From: Mobula birostris
Taxonomy: Eukaryota
Direction: 5' to 3'
DNA length: 64,000 bases
NCBI RefSeq assembly: GCF_030028105.1
Contig: NC_092376.1
Location: forward strand, 50,888,935-50,952,934
Under the pieces are notes generated by a model that worked only from the letters and a program-made list of their open reading frames with translations, was not told the origin of the DNA and searched no databases. Position 1 is the first letter of the stretch. Every line of letters starts with the position of its first letter. This document shows positions 13,697-25,540 of the stretch, in pieces. Position numbers and translations under genes: made by a program.

Positions 13697-15700
13697 GTAA
13701 ATCCACTGAGCACCAGAGGTGGCGGAGGGGACGAAGCTATTCCTGAAACGTTGAGTGTGTATCTTCAGACTCCTGTACTTCCTCTTTGATGGTAGCAATG
13801 AAAAGAGAGCATATTATGAGTGATTGGGGTCCTTAATGATGGTTGCCACCTTAATGAGACATTGCGTTTTGAAGATATCCTTGACGCTGGGGAGGCTAAC
13901 GCCCGTGATGGAACTGACTGAGTTTACAACTGTCTTCAGCTTTTTCCAGTCCTGTGCAGTGGCCCCGCCATACCAAATGGTGATGCAACCCATTAGAATG
14001 TGTTCCATTGTATATATGCAGAAATTTGCGAGAGTCTTTGGAGTCACCAGGTCTCCTCAAACTCCTAATGAAATATAGCCGCTGTTGTGCCTTCTTTGTA
14101 ATTGTATCGAAATGTTGGGCCCAGGACAGATCTGCAGAGATGTTGACACCCAAGATCTTGAAACTGCTCACCCTTTCCACTGCTGATCTCTTGATGAGGA
14201 CCGGTGTGTGTTCCCTCAACTTCCTCTTCCTGAAATCCACAATCAATTCCTTGGGGTTATTGGTGTTCAGAGCAAGGTTGTTGTTGTGACACATCTCAAC
14301 CAGCTGATCTATCTCACTCCCGTACACCTCCTTGTCACCATCTGAATTCTGCCAACAGCAAATTTGTCATCGCCAAGTTTATCGATGGCGTTTCAGCTGT
14401 GCCTAGCCACACAGTCATGGGTGTAGAGCAGTGGTCTAAGCACACATCCCTGAAGTCTGCCAGTGTTGATTGTCAGTGAGGAGGAGATATTATTTCTGAT
14501 CCACACAGACTGTGGTCTCCTGATGGGGAACTCAAAGATCCAGTTGCAGAAGGAGGTGTAGAGGCCCAGGATTGGAGCCTGTTGATTAGAATTGAAGGTA
14601 TAATTGTGTTGAACACTGAGCTGTAATCAATAAACAACAGCTGATGTGGGTATTTCTATTGTCCAGGTAATCCAAGGCTGAGTCAAGAGCCAGTGAGATT
14701 GCATCCCCTGTAGGCCTCTTGTGGTGATAGTCAAATTGCAATGGGTCTAGGTCTTTGCTTAGGCAGGAATTGATTCTGGCCATGTCCAACCTCTCAAAGC
14801 ACTTCTTCACATTAGATATGAATGCAACTGGGTGATAGTCTTTGAGACAGTTCACACTGCCCTTCTTGGGCACTGGTATGATTGTTGCCCTTTTGAAGCA
14901 GGTGGGCACCTCTGACTACAACAGTGAGTCCTTAAGCACTCCTGGCAGTTGGTTGGCACACATTTTCAGAGCCCCGTCAGCCTGATGCCTGGTGAGGGTT
15001 CACTCTCTTAAAGGATGTTCTGACATTGGCCTCCGAGACAGAGATCACAGGGTCACCAAATGCTGCAGAGATTTGCACAGCTCCCTTTTGAGGCTTGTAT
15101 AAAAGACATTGAGCTCATCTGGGAGTGAGGCATCGCAACCATTCATGATGTTAGGTTTCACTTTGTAGAAAGTAATGTCCTACACACCCTGCCAGAGCTG
15201 AAGTGCATCTGATTCCCTTTCTAACTTCAATTGTAATTGTATTTTTGCTCTTAAAATAACCTCCTTTAGGTTGCACCTGGACTTCTTGTATAGTTCTGGA
15301 TCACCAGTTTAGAACGCTGCAGAGTTAGCCCTCAGCAGACTACAAATCTCCTGGTTCAGCCACAGCATTTGGTTTGGGTATGTCTGGTATGTTCTCAAAG
15401 GCACACACTCATCCTCACAGGTCTTGATGAAGTTGGTGACAACCATGATGTATTCATTCAGACTCAAAGATGAATCCCTGAATATTGTCCAGCCCACTGA
15501 CTCAAAACGGTCTACCTCCCTTGACCTTGACCCCCACTACTGCTACTGCTGTCTTTAGTCTCTGTCTATATTCTGGGAATAAGACGTACAGCCTGGTGAT
15601 CGACTTTCTAAAGTGTAGGCATGGGATGGCACGGTAAGCAATCTTGATGGCAGTATAACAGTGGCCAAGAGTGTTGGCTCCTCTGGTTCCACAGGAATGT
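13697..15700 (-). mobile_element. Rex1/Babar-like non-LTR retrotransposon, degraded
   Basis: PTCFKRATIIPVPKK...DYHPVA...CFERL, LDPLQF, KELIVDFRK, ERVSSFKILGVNISADLSW...KKAQQRLYFIRSLRR. Confidence 0.9.
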
Positions 15701-15761
15701 GATATCCTTTTTCATGAGGAGAAGGAGTGAAGACATGGGAAACTATAGACCAGGTGCCTTA

Positions 15762-16275
15762 AGGTTTGCAGCAAAAGAAAACACATTTCTGGAAGAACAT
15801 AGCAGGTCAAGGAGCATCTGTGGAGGGAAAGGGATGGTTGATGGCTGAGGACAAGACCTTGCGACAAGACGGAGAGTGTACAAAGTATACTTCCAGTATA
15901 GAGAAGTGAGAGAAAGGGTGAGACAGGTGTTGGTTTGTGGAAGATGATGGAGGAGGTGAGGGAGGGAGAAAGGAGTTTAGAGACCGAGACTAGTAGTGAT
16001 TGGTGGAACCACATAAGGGACAGGTGATAGGCGATGGAAGCAGACGGAGGTAAGGATAGAAAAGAGAGGTCAAAGTAAACAAATCCGGATGAATGAGTGT
16101 GTGAATGGTGGTGCCCATCTCTCATGCACCCATCCACCCGGGTTTCTTCTCCTTTGACTTACACTTCCTACCCCTTCTCCTAACTGCTTCATCACCCATC
16201 TATCTGGTTCCATAGCACCTTCCAGCCTAGTGTTTACCTTGTTCCTCCCTCCACCTGGCTCCCCACCTTACCCTA
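15762..16275. mobile_element. Old Penelope-like terminal-repeat remnants (minus arm, then a plus-oriented pyrimidine-rich arm; plus tails at about 16995-17090 and 17165-17250)
   Basis: ctggaagaacatagcaggtcaaggagcatctgtggaggg resembles the reverse complement of the 56730-56790 tail. gatgttacttgccactgagctcctccagcagtttg and tgctgtctgacctgctgaattcctccagcattttg are plus-strand tails. Confidence 0.6.
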
Positions 16276-16488
16276 GACACCAGGCAAGTCATTGATTACA
16301 AACAATTGGTTTACTGATCATTACAGAATGTCTCTCTGATGTTTCCCACACTCTACCCTCTCCCTTCACCTTTTCCCAACCATGATTCCCCTCTCCCTGC
16401 CCCCTTCCCACGCTCAGTCTACCCTCAGACCCTTATCAGAATCATATTTTCTTGCGACACCAGTACAGTGCAATACATAAAATTACTA

Positions 16489-16559
16489 CAGTACTGTGCA
16501 AAACTCTTAGGCACCCTAGCAATATATGTATATATATCTGAGACTTTTGCAAAGTATTG
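16489..16559. mobile_element. 71-bp Tc1/mariner-type MITE
   Basis: TA|CAGTACTGTGCAAAACTCTTAG ... CTGAGACTTTTGCAAAGTATTG|TA: about 22-bp imperfect TIRs beginning CAGT, TA duplications on both sides and a (TA)-rich spacer. Confidence 0.8.
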
Positions 16560-16561
16560 TA

Positions 16562-16990
16562 AAACAATAGCACAACAAAGTGTTACAGTTACAGAGAAAG
16601 TACTGTGCAGGAAGACAATAAGGTACAACCCCATAATGAAGTAGATTATGAGGTCAAGGTCCATTTTATTGTGCTGGGGGTCATTCAAGAGCCTTATAAC
16701 ACTAGGATAGAAGCTGTACCTGAGCTTGGTAGAATATTTTTTCAAGTTTTGTATCTTTTGCCCAAGGAGCAAGAATGTCCAGGATGGGTGTAATCCAGAC
16801 AGTCAACATTGACTATGCTGTCTGCTTTAGCATAGACAGAGTCCATAGGGAGGACGTCTGTGATGTGTTGAGCTGTGTCCACAACTCCCTTCGGTTTCCT
16901 GTGGTCACAGGCAAAGCAGTTGTCATACCAAGTGGTGACTTCTCTGGATAGGGTGCTTTCTGTGGTGTATCAATTAAAGTTGGTGTTACG
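16562..16990 (-). mobile_element. Rex1/Babar-like 3' end
   Basis: The minus strand reads LKKYSTKLRYSFYPSVIRLLN, the typical RTSRLRNSFFPxAIRLLN C-terminus, followed by a 3' UTR. Confidence 0.7.
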
Positions 16991-17261
16991 TCATTGACCA
17001 TCTTTCTACCTCCCCAGATGTTACTTGCCACTGAGCTCCTCCAGCAGTTTGTTTTCTTGCTCCAGGTTCCATCATCTGAGGTCTCTCGTGATTCCAGCTT
17101 AATGTCGACTGTTGCAAAAAATGCTGATGTCTGTAATCAAAGTTTCATGGGAGAGAATTCATGTTTCCTGGTCTTGGCCCAAAATATGGGCTGTTCATCC
17201 CTTTCCCAAATGCTGTCTGACCTGCTGAATTCCTCCAGCATTTTGTATGAGGATGCAGAAT

Positions 17262-17878
17262 AGATTGCTATCTGGTTTGAGGGTCTGAGTTATAGGAATA
17301 GATCTTTATTTGTTGGAGAGTAAAAGGATGAAGAGAGACCTCATGGAAGTTTATAAAATGGTGAGGAGTATGGATAAGGTGGATGGTCACAGTCTGTTCC
17401 CTGGGTTGGAGAGTTCAACCCTTTCTTGTTCTTGCACAGTTTGTCTTCTTTTGCACATAGGTTGCTTGTCAGTCTTTGCGTGTTGTTTTTCATTGATCCT
17501 ATTGTACTTCTTTCTTCTACCGTGAATGCCTGCAAGATAACGAATATCAGGGTAGTATTTGGTGACACATATGCACTTTGATAAATTTACTTTGAACTTC
17601 AAAACAAGAGGACACAAATGCATGATAAGAGGGGAGAGATTTAAAAGGGACCGGAGAAGGAATCTCTTTACACAGAGGGTAATGAGTACAAGGAATGAGC
17701 TACCAGAGGAAGTGGTCGAGGCAGGTACGACTGTGGCATTTGAGAGATATTTGGGGAGGACAGGAGTTAAAGGATTATGGGCCAAACACAGGCAACTGGG
17801 ATTAGTGGGGACAACGCTGTGGTCAGCATGGACTAGTTGGGCCGAAGAGCCTGCTTCTTTGCTCTTTGACTGTAAGTG
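17262..17878 (+). mobile_element. CR1 3' end with a nested Rex-type tail element (about 17420-17600)
   Basis: LESKRMKRDLMEVYKMVRSMDKVD | insert ending in ataaatttactttgaactt | KTRGHKCMIRGERFK...NLFTQRV. Confidence 0.8.
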
Positions 17879-17919
17879 AGTAGGGAGAAACCTGGAAAGT
17901 AGAATTCAAAGAAGTGAAA

Positions 17920-19075
17920 TAAGATCATGTGCTTTTCCAAGAGCAAATAAATGGCAGAATATGATCTATGTGGAAGGACACTGCAACAGAGGGACTTCAG
18001 TGTCCTGGTGCATAAAATACCAAGTGGTAGCTCAGAGAAGCAGTAAGTAATGATAAAGAAAATGGCATATTAGCAAATACTGCTAGGGGTTGGAGCTTGA
18101 AAAGAGAGAAGCAGAGTTACAACAGTGCAGATGTTGCTGAGGCTGCACTTGGAGTACTGCATGTAATTTTGGGCCCTTAATTCAAAAAGGATAGGCTAGC
18201 AACGGAGAAAGCCCAGATGAAGTACTCTAGGAAGAGACCTTCGTCTTGTCATGGAAAGGTACAAACTTGAATCTGTATCCTTTGGGGCTGATAGGAATGA
18301 GGGGTTATTGAAATACAAATTCCTACAAGATACATGCTGAGGTGCTTCCACTGGGGGGCGGGGGGAATCTTAAATGAACGGCCGGCTGATTTATAAACGA
18401 AGTGTTCAGGAATTTCTCCTAAGCAGGATGGTGGTAGTCAGCTCCATCCTGGGTACTAGTCTCCATAGTATCTAAGACATCTTCAAGGAGCAGTGCCTCA
18501 GAAAGGTGGCGTCCATCATTAAGGACCCCCATCACCCAGAACATGCCTCTTCTCATTGTTACCATCAGGAAGGAGGTACAAACTCAGTGATTCAGGAACG
18601 GCTTCTTCCTCTCTGCCATCCGTTTCCTAAATGGACATTAAGCCAATGAACACAACCTCGCCACTTTTTAAAACATTTCTGTTTTTGCACTACATAATAT
18701 TAATTTAACTAATTAATGTGTGTGTGTATATATATATATATATATTTATTGTATACTTATAATTCATTTTTAAAATATTTATCATGTATTGCATTGTACT
18801 GCAGCCACAATGCTATCAAATTTCACAGCACACACTGGTGATATTAATCCTGTTTCTGATTCTGAATCTTTAATCCTAGAGAGTTGTAGAGATAAAATCA
18901 GCAGAGGTATTTAAAGAAGTAGATATGTATATAAAAGCTGAGTGAATTGCTGGCTCTGTGGAACTGACATATGTAGAGGAACTGAGGCCTAGCAGATCAG
19001 CCCCAAGCATACTGAATGGGAGGGCTGACAATGAGTCAGGTGGGGCTCATTCTTGCTCTTGATATATTCCTTTAT
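17920..19075 (+). mobile_element. Old CR1 3' half interrupted by a Rex-like 3' fragment (about 18430-18870) carrying a (TG)n(TA)n microsatellite
   Basis: CR1 part: ctgcacttggagtactgc...tttgggcccc. Rex part: gcagtgcctcagaaaggtggcgtccatcattaaggacccc...ttcttcctctctgccatccg, tail gattctgaatc. The microsatellite is at 18717-18745. Confidence 0.7.
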
Positions 19076-20158
19076 ATTCCAAATATTGTTCTGGGCCGAG
19101 ACAAACTAGGTTATGGTGTTCATGCTGGCGTTGAGACTTGAGTGCCCACAAGCATCTGACTCATACAAGGATTTCATAAATGAGTCACTAGGACTTTTTG
19201 ATGACTAAATATAATATTTCGACATACAAAGATTTTATCAGCTGATTTAACATTTCAACATCAATGAAACCAAAAAAGGAAGCACATCAGATGGTGGAAC
19301 TCAGAAATGGATGAAAGGCCTGAGTACTGAAACATTTAAGACTTTTCTCCATCCACAGGCGATGAGGGGGTCACAGACCTGAAATGTTAGCAATTTCTCT
19401 TTCCACAGACACTGCCTTACTTGAGGTGTTTGTATTGGGAAGCTACATTTTCCTTTGGTGGGGTTAACAGCTAAGGTTTATCAGTGTCCATCATTAGCTT
19501 AATTTATCAGCCCTAAAGTATTTTAACTTTGCATTGAAGAATGCAAATATTGATCTATAAACTGTGTAATTAAAAGCTCTTAACAGAAAATGGCTATTCT
19601 GAACAGAACATAATGACAAGGCAGGGTGAGCAGATGAGAACACAGGTGTCAGTGGAATGATGCTTTGCCGGGTAGCGATGGCTTTAAACCACTGCTACAT
19701 TTGTTCACAAGAGGTAATTACCAATTCATAGTTTGCTCAAAGTGGAAGCAATTCAAAAACATTCAGCATATAATTAGAGTGAATTTTGCTGTATTATAAT
19801 TGTTGTTGGATGTTCAAGGCTCTGAATAAAATACTTCTGTACATATGTTCAGAAAGATACACCTGTGCAGCAAGAGGCCATTCAGCCCATTATACTGTGC
19901 TAGTTTTCAAAGTGCCTCCAACCAAAAGTTTCTTCCACTTTATTTCTTTCAGTTTCCTTTTCAAAGCTGTGTCCAAGTTACTTCAGTGACGTTCAGCTTC
20001 CTGAATTATTGGTGCAGGAATGTACATTCTAATCATGTTGTTTGCTTGGGTGCGCATGTGTGTGAGAGAGTGAGGGTGCAAAGAGTCTGAGCTGGAGCAG
20101 GGGGTGTGGATTTTTCTAACTTCTTCTTTCATTCATTGACATAATCCCAATACATATA

Positions 20159-22008
20159 TAGTGGATTCTGCTTAACTGGGACACATCAGGAACAATACAT
20201 GTTGGCCTAATTAAGTGACTGTCCCAATTCGCCAACATTTCATGGAAATAGTTAAAAAAATATAAAAAGGACAAACTACCTGTCATGCCTACACATTCAG
20301 ACTCCTAGTCTCCATCAGCTAACAAGAGCCTCCTGCCAACGTTTCCAACTTAATCACCTGAAGCCTATTTAAACCCAGCTCCCATCCACAATCCTTGCTC
20401 ACTCATATGAACCAGTCACCTTCAACCAGTTACTCAAGCCTTCAGTTACCTTGTTGTGTTAGGTATCTGTTCTGTCTTGTTTTGAGGCCCCTTGTGGCTT
20501 GTTACTTTGCAGTTTATTATTAAAGTTAGCGCTCACCACTAAATCATCTGCGGCTTTGCATTTGGGTCAAGCCTCCTCTACGTTTCCTGACAGGATGAGT
20601 GACCCATTGATTGACCCAGCAGAGAATGCTCGCCTGAAGGAACTCATTTGTTGACATGAGCATATGGGCCAGAAGCAGCAGACCACTGACTATCTGCTCA
20701 CTGCTCTCTTCTGGCTCTCTATCTTGATACAGCAACCCCACTGTGTCCCAGAAAACCACTAGGTAGAGATGAGGGGCTTTCTGTCTGGTAAGCTCCCCCT
20801 GGACCCTCATTCCAGCACCATAGCCTGACTCACTCTCCCTGTCCTCTTCCACACCTTGATGGCTCTATGCACGCAGGAGGCTCTGGTGGATTCCATTGTC
20901 GCAAGCAACTTCATGGGCCAGGCATCATGTGTGCGGCTTTGACTCCCAGCTGAGTCTATTGCCCATCCTCTCTGCATCATGGCCATTGACAGACGTCTCC
21001 TGGGGTCTGGGGTGGTCAGAGTGCACACATAGCCTGAACACATGAGCATTGGAGAGCATTGCGAGTTCATACAAATTCACCCTATTGATTCAGCAAACAC
21101 TCATTCTAGGTTACTCCTGGCTCTCCACTCATGACGCTCACTTCGTCTGTCATTCGGTACACTGTGAAATTGAGGGGCACCTGCCTGAAACCTCAGTTGA
21201 GCCCATCCACTAAATTTGTAGACACAGAGGAAACCTACGACCTCACCAACTCCTACTGGAACACCACGACTTTGCCATCACTTTAAGTAAACGGAGACCA
21301 CCTTTTACTGGACACCACCCATCCCCAAGGTTGCGCGTTCTCCCTCTCCTTTCCTGCAACCCAAGCCATAAATGACTACATTGTTGATAGCACTACAGCA
21401 TGTCTTCATTTGACTATCCTGGTCCGCAGCCTGTGCGGGACTCTGTCTTTGTCCCTGCATTGACTCCTGTGGACTCAGCAAAATCGCTATTAAGAACTGC
21501 TACCCTCCAGTGAAGATGGTCGATTGTATTCTAACAGTGTCTGCATCCTCTAAGTCTTCAGTTTCATTGTAACACTCAAGGTGATTGTTGACGTCTTTGA
21601 ATTCTTTGCAGTTTCTAACTTGTTTAAGTAGTGAAATAATTGCCTTTTCACTCCTGGCTGTTTTTGGCATCTCTCAGTCTAAATGCTTGAAACTGCAGTG
21701 AGCAAAAAAGTTCTGAATTGTCTTCCTACTTATTTCTTGTTTACAATCAGTGACAAAAATCACTGCTGTTTGAACACAAAGACATGCAACTGATGCTTTT
21801 TAAAAACTGTATGTTCTAAGCATAGTGTAGTGTCTAATGGCCACGTGTGTACGCAACTGACACTAGTTAGAAACTCTGGCAACAGTTTCTTGTCTTGATG
21901 AAGTGGTATGATGCCCAAATAAACAAAGAAAATTGCTGTTATTATCTCAATTAGTTTTTGTTATTGAAAATTTGTTCTAAGTAAGTGGCTTTTAGTCGGC
22001 ATCCAATC
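20159..22008 (-). mobile_element. Tigger/pogo-like DNA transposon derivative split by a Gypsy insertion
   Basis: Left end TA|tagtggattctgcttaa with a loosely matching right end tttagtcggcatccaa. The minus strand near 21680-21722 reads TIQNFFAHCSFKHL, like a Tigger transposase C-terminus. Confidence 0.65.
20281..21510 (+). mobile_element. Sushi-like Ty3/Gypsy LTR retrotransposon: 5' LTR (20281-20592) plus degenerate gag, protease and RT start
   Basis: LTR runs TGTCA...TGACA with internal TATTTAAA and ATTAAA. A decayed gag start (..gacccagcagag) follows. Protease remnants are ALVDSIVASNFM and MAIDRRLLGSG; RT remnants read PCIDSCGLSKIAIKNCYPP (cf. [20 protein letters not shown]). Confidence 0.85.
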
Positions 22009-22589
22009 TCATTTATACCCCCAACCCTGTTGTTACTTTATTTTTAAATTCCTCCATCAAGAGAATCTTCCTTTTCTCTGCGAACTCCCCAACCTGAGGA
22101 CTTTACAGATATCTGCATTTACCTAACGGCCTCTTTCTCATCCCTGAATTGAGCTGTTTCCCCACTGGACAACATACTTTCCCTAACAAATCTTAAGCTT
22201 CCAGAATTCCCTCCTTTCTGTGCCTCCATATCCTCACAACTTCTAAAAGACTCCTTAAAAGGTACCTTTTTTACAATGCCGTGGTCACTTTTCTCAAAAT
22301 TTCCCTTTATATATTGACCTTGTGAACCATTTTGGGACATATACCACATTGGAGTTGCTGTTGATAACATGGACAACAAAGAGAGCATAACAAAGGGGAA
22401 GCTGAAGGGATTAGACAGAAGTTTTTAAAAAAAACACCATTAAAGTGGTGACATAAAGCAAAACTGTAAGTCAGGGGCTCATAAAGAGATAAAGGAAAGC
22501 TGAGATGCAATTGAGGCATGCAGGAAAGGACAGGGATAAAATTTTGGATAATTTTGGATAAACCAGAAATTTGAGAGTATCAGGGCACT

Positions 22590-23348
22590 GAAATGAGTGC
22601 AATTGCTATTAGTAAGGCAGGAAACAAAGAGAGGGAATAAGAGGGGCCTTTTCTGATTGGCTGCCAGTGACTTGTGGTGTTCCGAAGGCATTGGTGTTGG
22701 GGTGAAGGAATTGATGGCTTTGTAGTCAAGTTTGTGGATGACATGAAAATAGGTGAAGGGGCAGGTATTGTTGAGGAATCAGGGAGTCTACAGAAGAACT
22801 TAGACAGATTTGGGGATTGGGCAAAGAAGTGGTAGATGGAATTTAGTGTAGGGAAGTGTATGGTCATGCACTTTGGTAGAAGAAAAGAAGGCGTAGCTCA
22901 TTTTATAAACCAGAGAAAATTCACTAACCTCTGGCTAAAGAAGTTCCTCCTCATCTCTGTTCTAAATGGACATCCCTCCATTCTGAAGCTGAGTCCTCTG
23001 GTCCTAGACTTACCCACTATAGGAAACACCCTTGCCACATCCACTTTACTTACCCTTTTCAATACCTGACAACCCCAAGTAACATCACTGATGATGTGCC
23101 CTAGCTTAGCATCGTGCAGATGCTTCTGTAAGAACAATGAGATCCCACCCCTTCATTCATTGCCATTGACGGCTGTGGAAGCCAAGTTATTGGGTATGTT
23201 TAAGGTGGAGGTTGATTTGTTCTTTATTAGTTGGTGTCAAAAGTTATGGGGAAAAGGCAGGAGAATGAGGTTGAGAAGGATAATAATCAGCCATGGCAGA
23301 ATGGGAGAGCAGACTCGATGGGCTGAATGGCTTATAGCCTTATCTTAA
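22590..23348 (+). mobile_element. CR1 fragment with an internal inverted segment (about 22916-23158 on the minus strand)
   Basis: Plus: KFVDDMKIG...KKW*MEFSVGKCMVMHFGRR. Minus: VDVARVFPIVGKSRTRG...RRNFFSQRLVN. Plus again: LPLTAVEAKLLGMFK and the 3' UTR. Confidence 0.85.
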
Positions 23349-23889
23349 ACTTGTATCAAACATTTGTTAAATCACATCTGGACTATTGTGTATAAATTTA
23401 ATTGCCAGATTATACAAAGGGATAGTGATGTCCAGGAGAGGTAATAGTGCAAGGGACAATAGACAAGTTCTGGCATAATAACTTAATTTTTCACCTGCAG
23501 GGTTTAATAATGGAGCTAATTTTCTTCTTCCTCATCTTCATCTTCATCTTCCCCAGCTGGTAATGGTACTATTCAAAGCCAGCAATAGTTCCATTTAAAA
23601 ATAAAAGGCTCTTGATTGCATTCTTTTCATTATTTATGAATGAATTTAAATCTCCTATTTCAGATGACTGATAAATGTCCCCTGTTCATTGCTGTCTTAA
23701 TTTCAATGCTCTGTTAATGAACCAATTGGAAATGAACAGGTAATTCAATCAACCCCTCCATAATTAGGTGACGAGGTTGTGATCCTCATCACTGTGCTTA
23801 CTCAAAAGGTTATGGTATGTCTGTGGAAAATAATTTTGGATAAACCCACACTGGTGACATCAACTGAGTTCCTTAAATGCTTTATTTAT

Positions 23890-24240
23890 TTGGGCTTGTC
23901 TACCCAAAGCCAGTGAAGCCTGGATTTGGTGGACTGCGTGGAGGAAAACCTCCAGCATGTTCAATAGAGAGCAAGGCATTTCCCAGCACGTGATGTGTAG
24001 CACAAAGAGCACGGCAAGATACATATGTCGCCCTGGTCATCCACTGCATCCTGACCTATCTCCAGTCATCTTGATTCTTGTCTTGCCACTGGATCCAGAT
24101 CGACTAGGACGAGAGAGTGAAGTTGACAACCTGCACAGCTCTCCCTCACTTTAATCAAACTCACACAAGTCACGACATCTCAAATAACAAGCCCAAGGAT
24201 GCCAGTGGTCCTCGTCACTCATGATGGACGAGCACACATG
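23890..24240 (+). mobile_element. Putative RTE-related SINE or non-autonomous element, old
   Basis: A GC-richer block ending cctcgtcactcatgatggacgagcacaca, an RTE-like 3' stem followed by a short repeat tail. Family assignment is tentative. Confidence 0.35.
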
Positions 24241-25239
24241 TGCACTTGTATTAGGGTTGCTTTTTGCCTTACTTTTATTGCACTTCATGTAGTGCGTCTG
24301 TCTCATCTTCCCAGGAGAAACGTAGCGAGATCAGATCTGAAAACCTGTTAAAACCTGTCAAAGATTTTAGGTTAAAGAATGTTGTCTCAGCACCTTTCTG
24401 TCTTTTTTTATATGATTTCTTTCCTGACCTTAATATTTTACCCACAGCTGTTAGAATATTTAGTTAATATTTTCATACAGCAAATAACACAGTCTTTCTG
24501 ACTACTAATTAGATTTTACCTAATAGATTTTGATAGACTAGAAATAAAATATCTCCATTTGTGGAGAAGGGCAAAACTAGAGGCTAAGAGCGCAAATAGG
24601 AAATTTTAAAGAACAACTTTTTTGAGAGAATAGTTAAAATGTGTAAGAGTGGCTGAGGCTTATAATATAAATGCATTTAAGGAGAAACTGGATAGTTGTA
24701 ATTATGAAAGTAATCACAGTTTATGACGGCAGATTTAGAGATGGAAAGATGAGCTGGGGCTTGAGTGGAGAATAAATTTTCGTACTGGTTCTTTAGGCTG
24801 AATGACATGCATCTGTGTTGTGTATTCATTCTATGCATAGTTCCCTTTGATGCACCTTTTCTATACTCACCCCCTCCCACCCAACCATTCTATTATGTAT
24901 TTATCCAAATAGCTATAGGGCAAAAGTACTCAGCGGTTGCAAAAAGTCATCCAGCTTTCTAAAGAATAGCCCTTAATAGGAACTTGCCTTTTGTTAATAT
25001 TATTGTGTCTTCCTTTCCTTCACCACTCTCATGATGTTGCTTATGATGTAAATTTGCTTCATTTAATTCACAAGATTAGCAATTTCACCATAGCCATCAG
25101 GGAACATTTGGAGTGTGGGTGATCCTTCCAATGGAAATATGTGACGAGAATTTGGATTGCAAGGAGCCTTTTCAATGACAAATCAAACCATGATGCAAAA
25201 CAGAGAACTTCAAGTGAGATGTATGGTCTTTGATTGCAT

Positions 25240-25540
25240 AAAGTCTTAGAGCACAGAATTAGGCCCCTTAGCCTTTGAACTGATGCAGTTCATCAAACGC
25301 ACTAATTGTAATCACTACTTTATTTCCCCACATTCCCATCCATTCTCTCCAAGCACAGCCTGTCACTTATGCACTGGGGCCAGTTAACTATTTTTGGGGA
25401 TGTGTAAGACAACTGGGGGATCATGAGGGAACCCATGTGGTCACAGGAAGGATGTGCAAACTCCAACAGCCAGCAATGTAGATTAGGAACGACGGTTGCT
25501 GGAGCTGAGAGGCAGAGGCTCCGGTAACTGTATCAACATA
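25240..25540 (-). mobile_element. V-SINE (HE1-like), old
   Basis: gaacccatgtggtcacaggaaggatgtgcaaactcc...ctggagctgagaggcag is the reverse complement of the V-domain and head. Confidence 0.7.
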
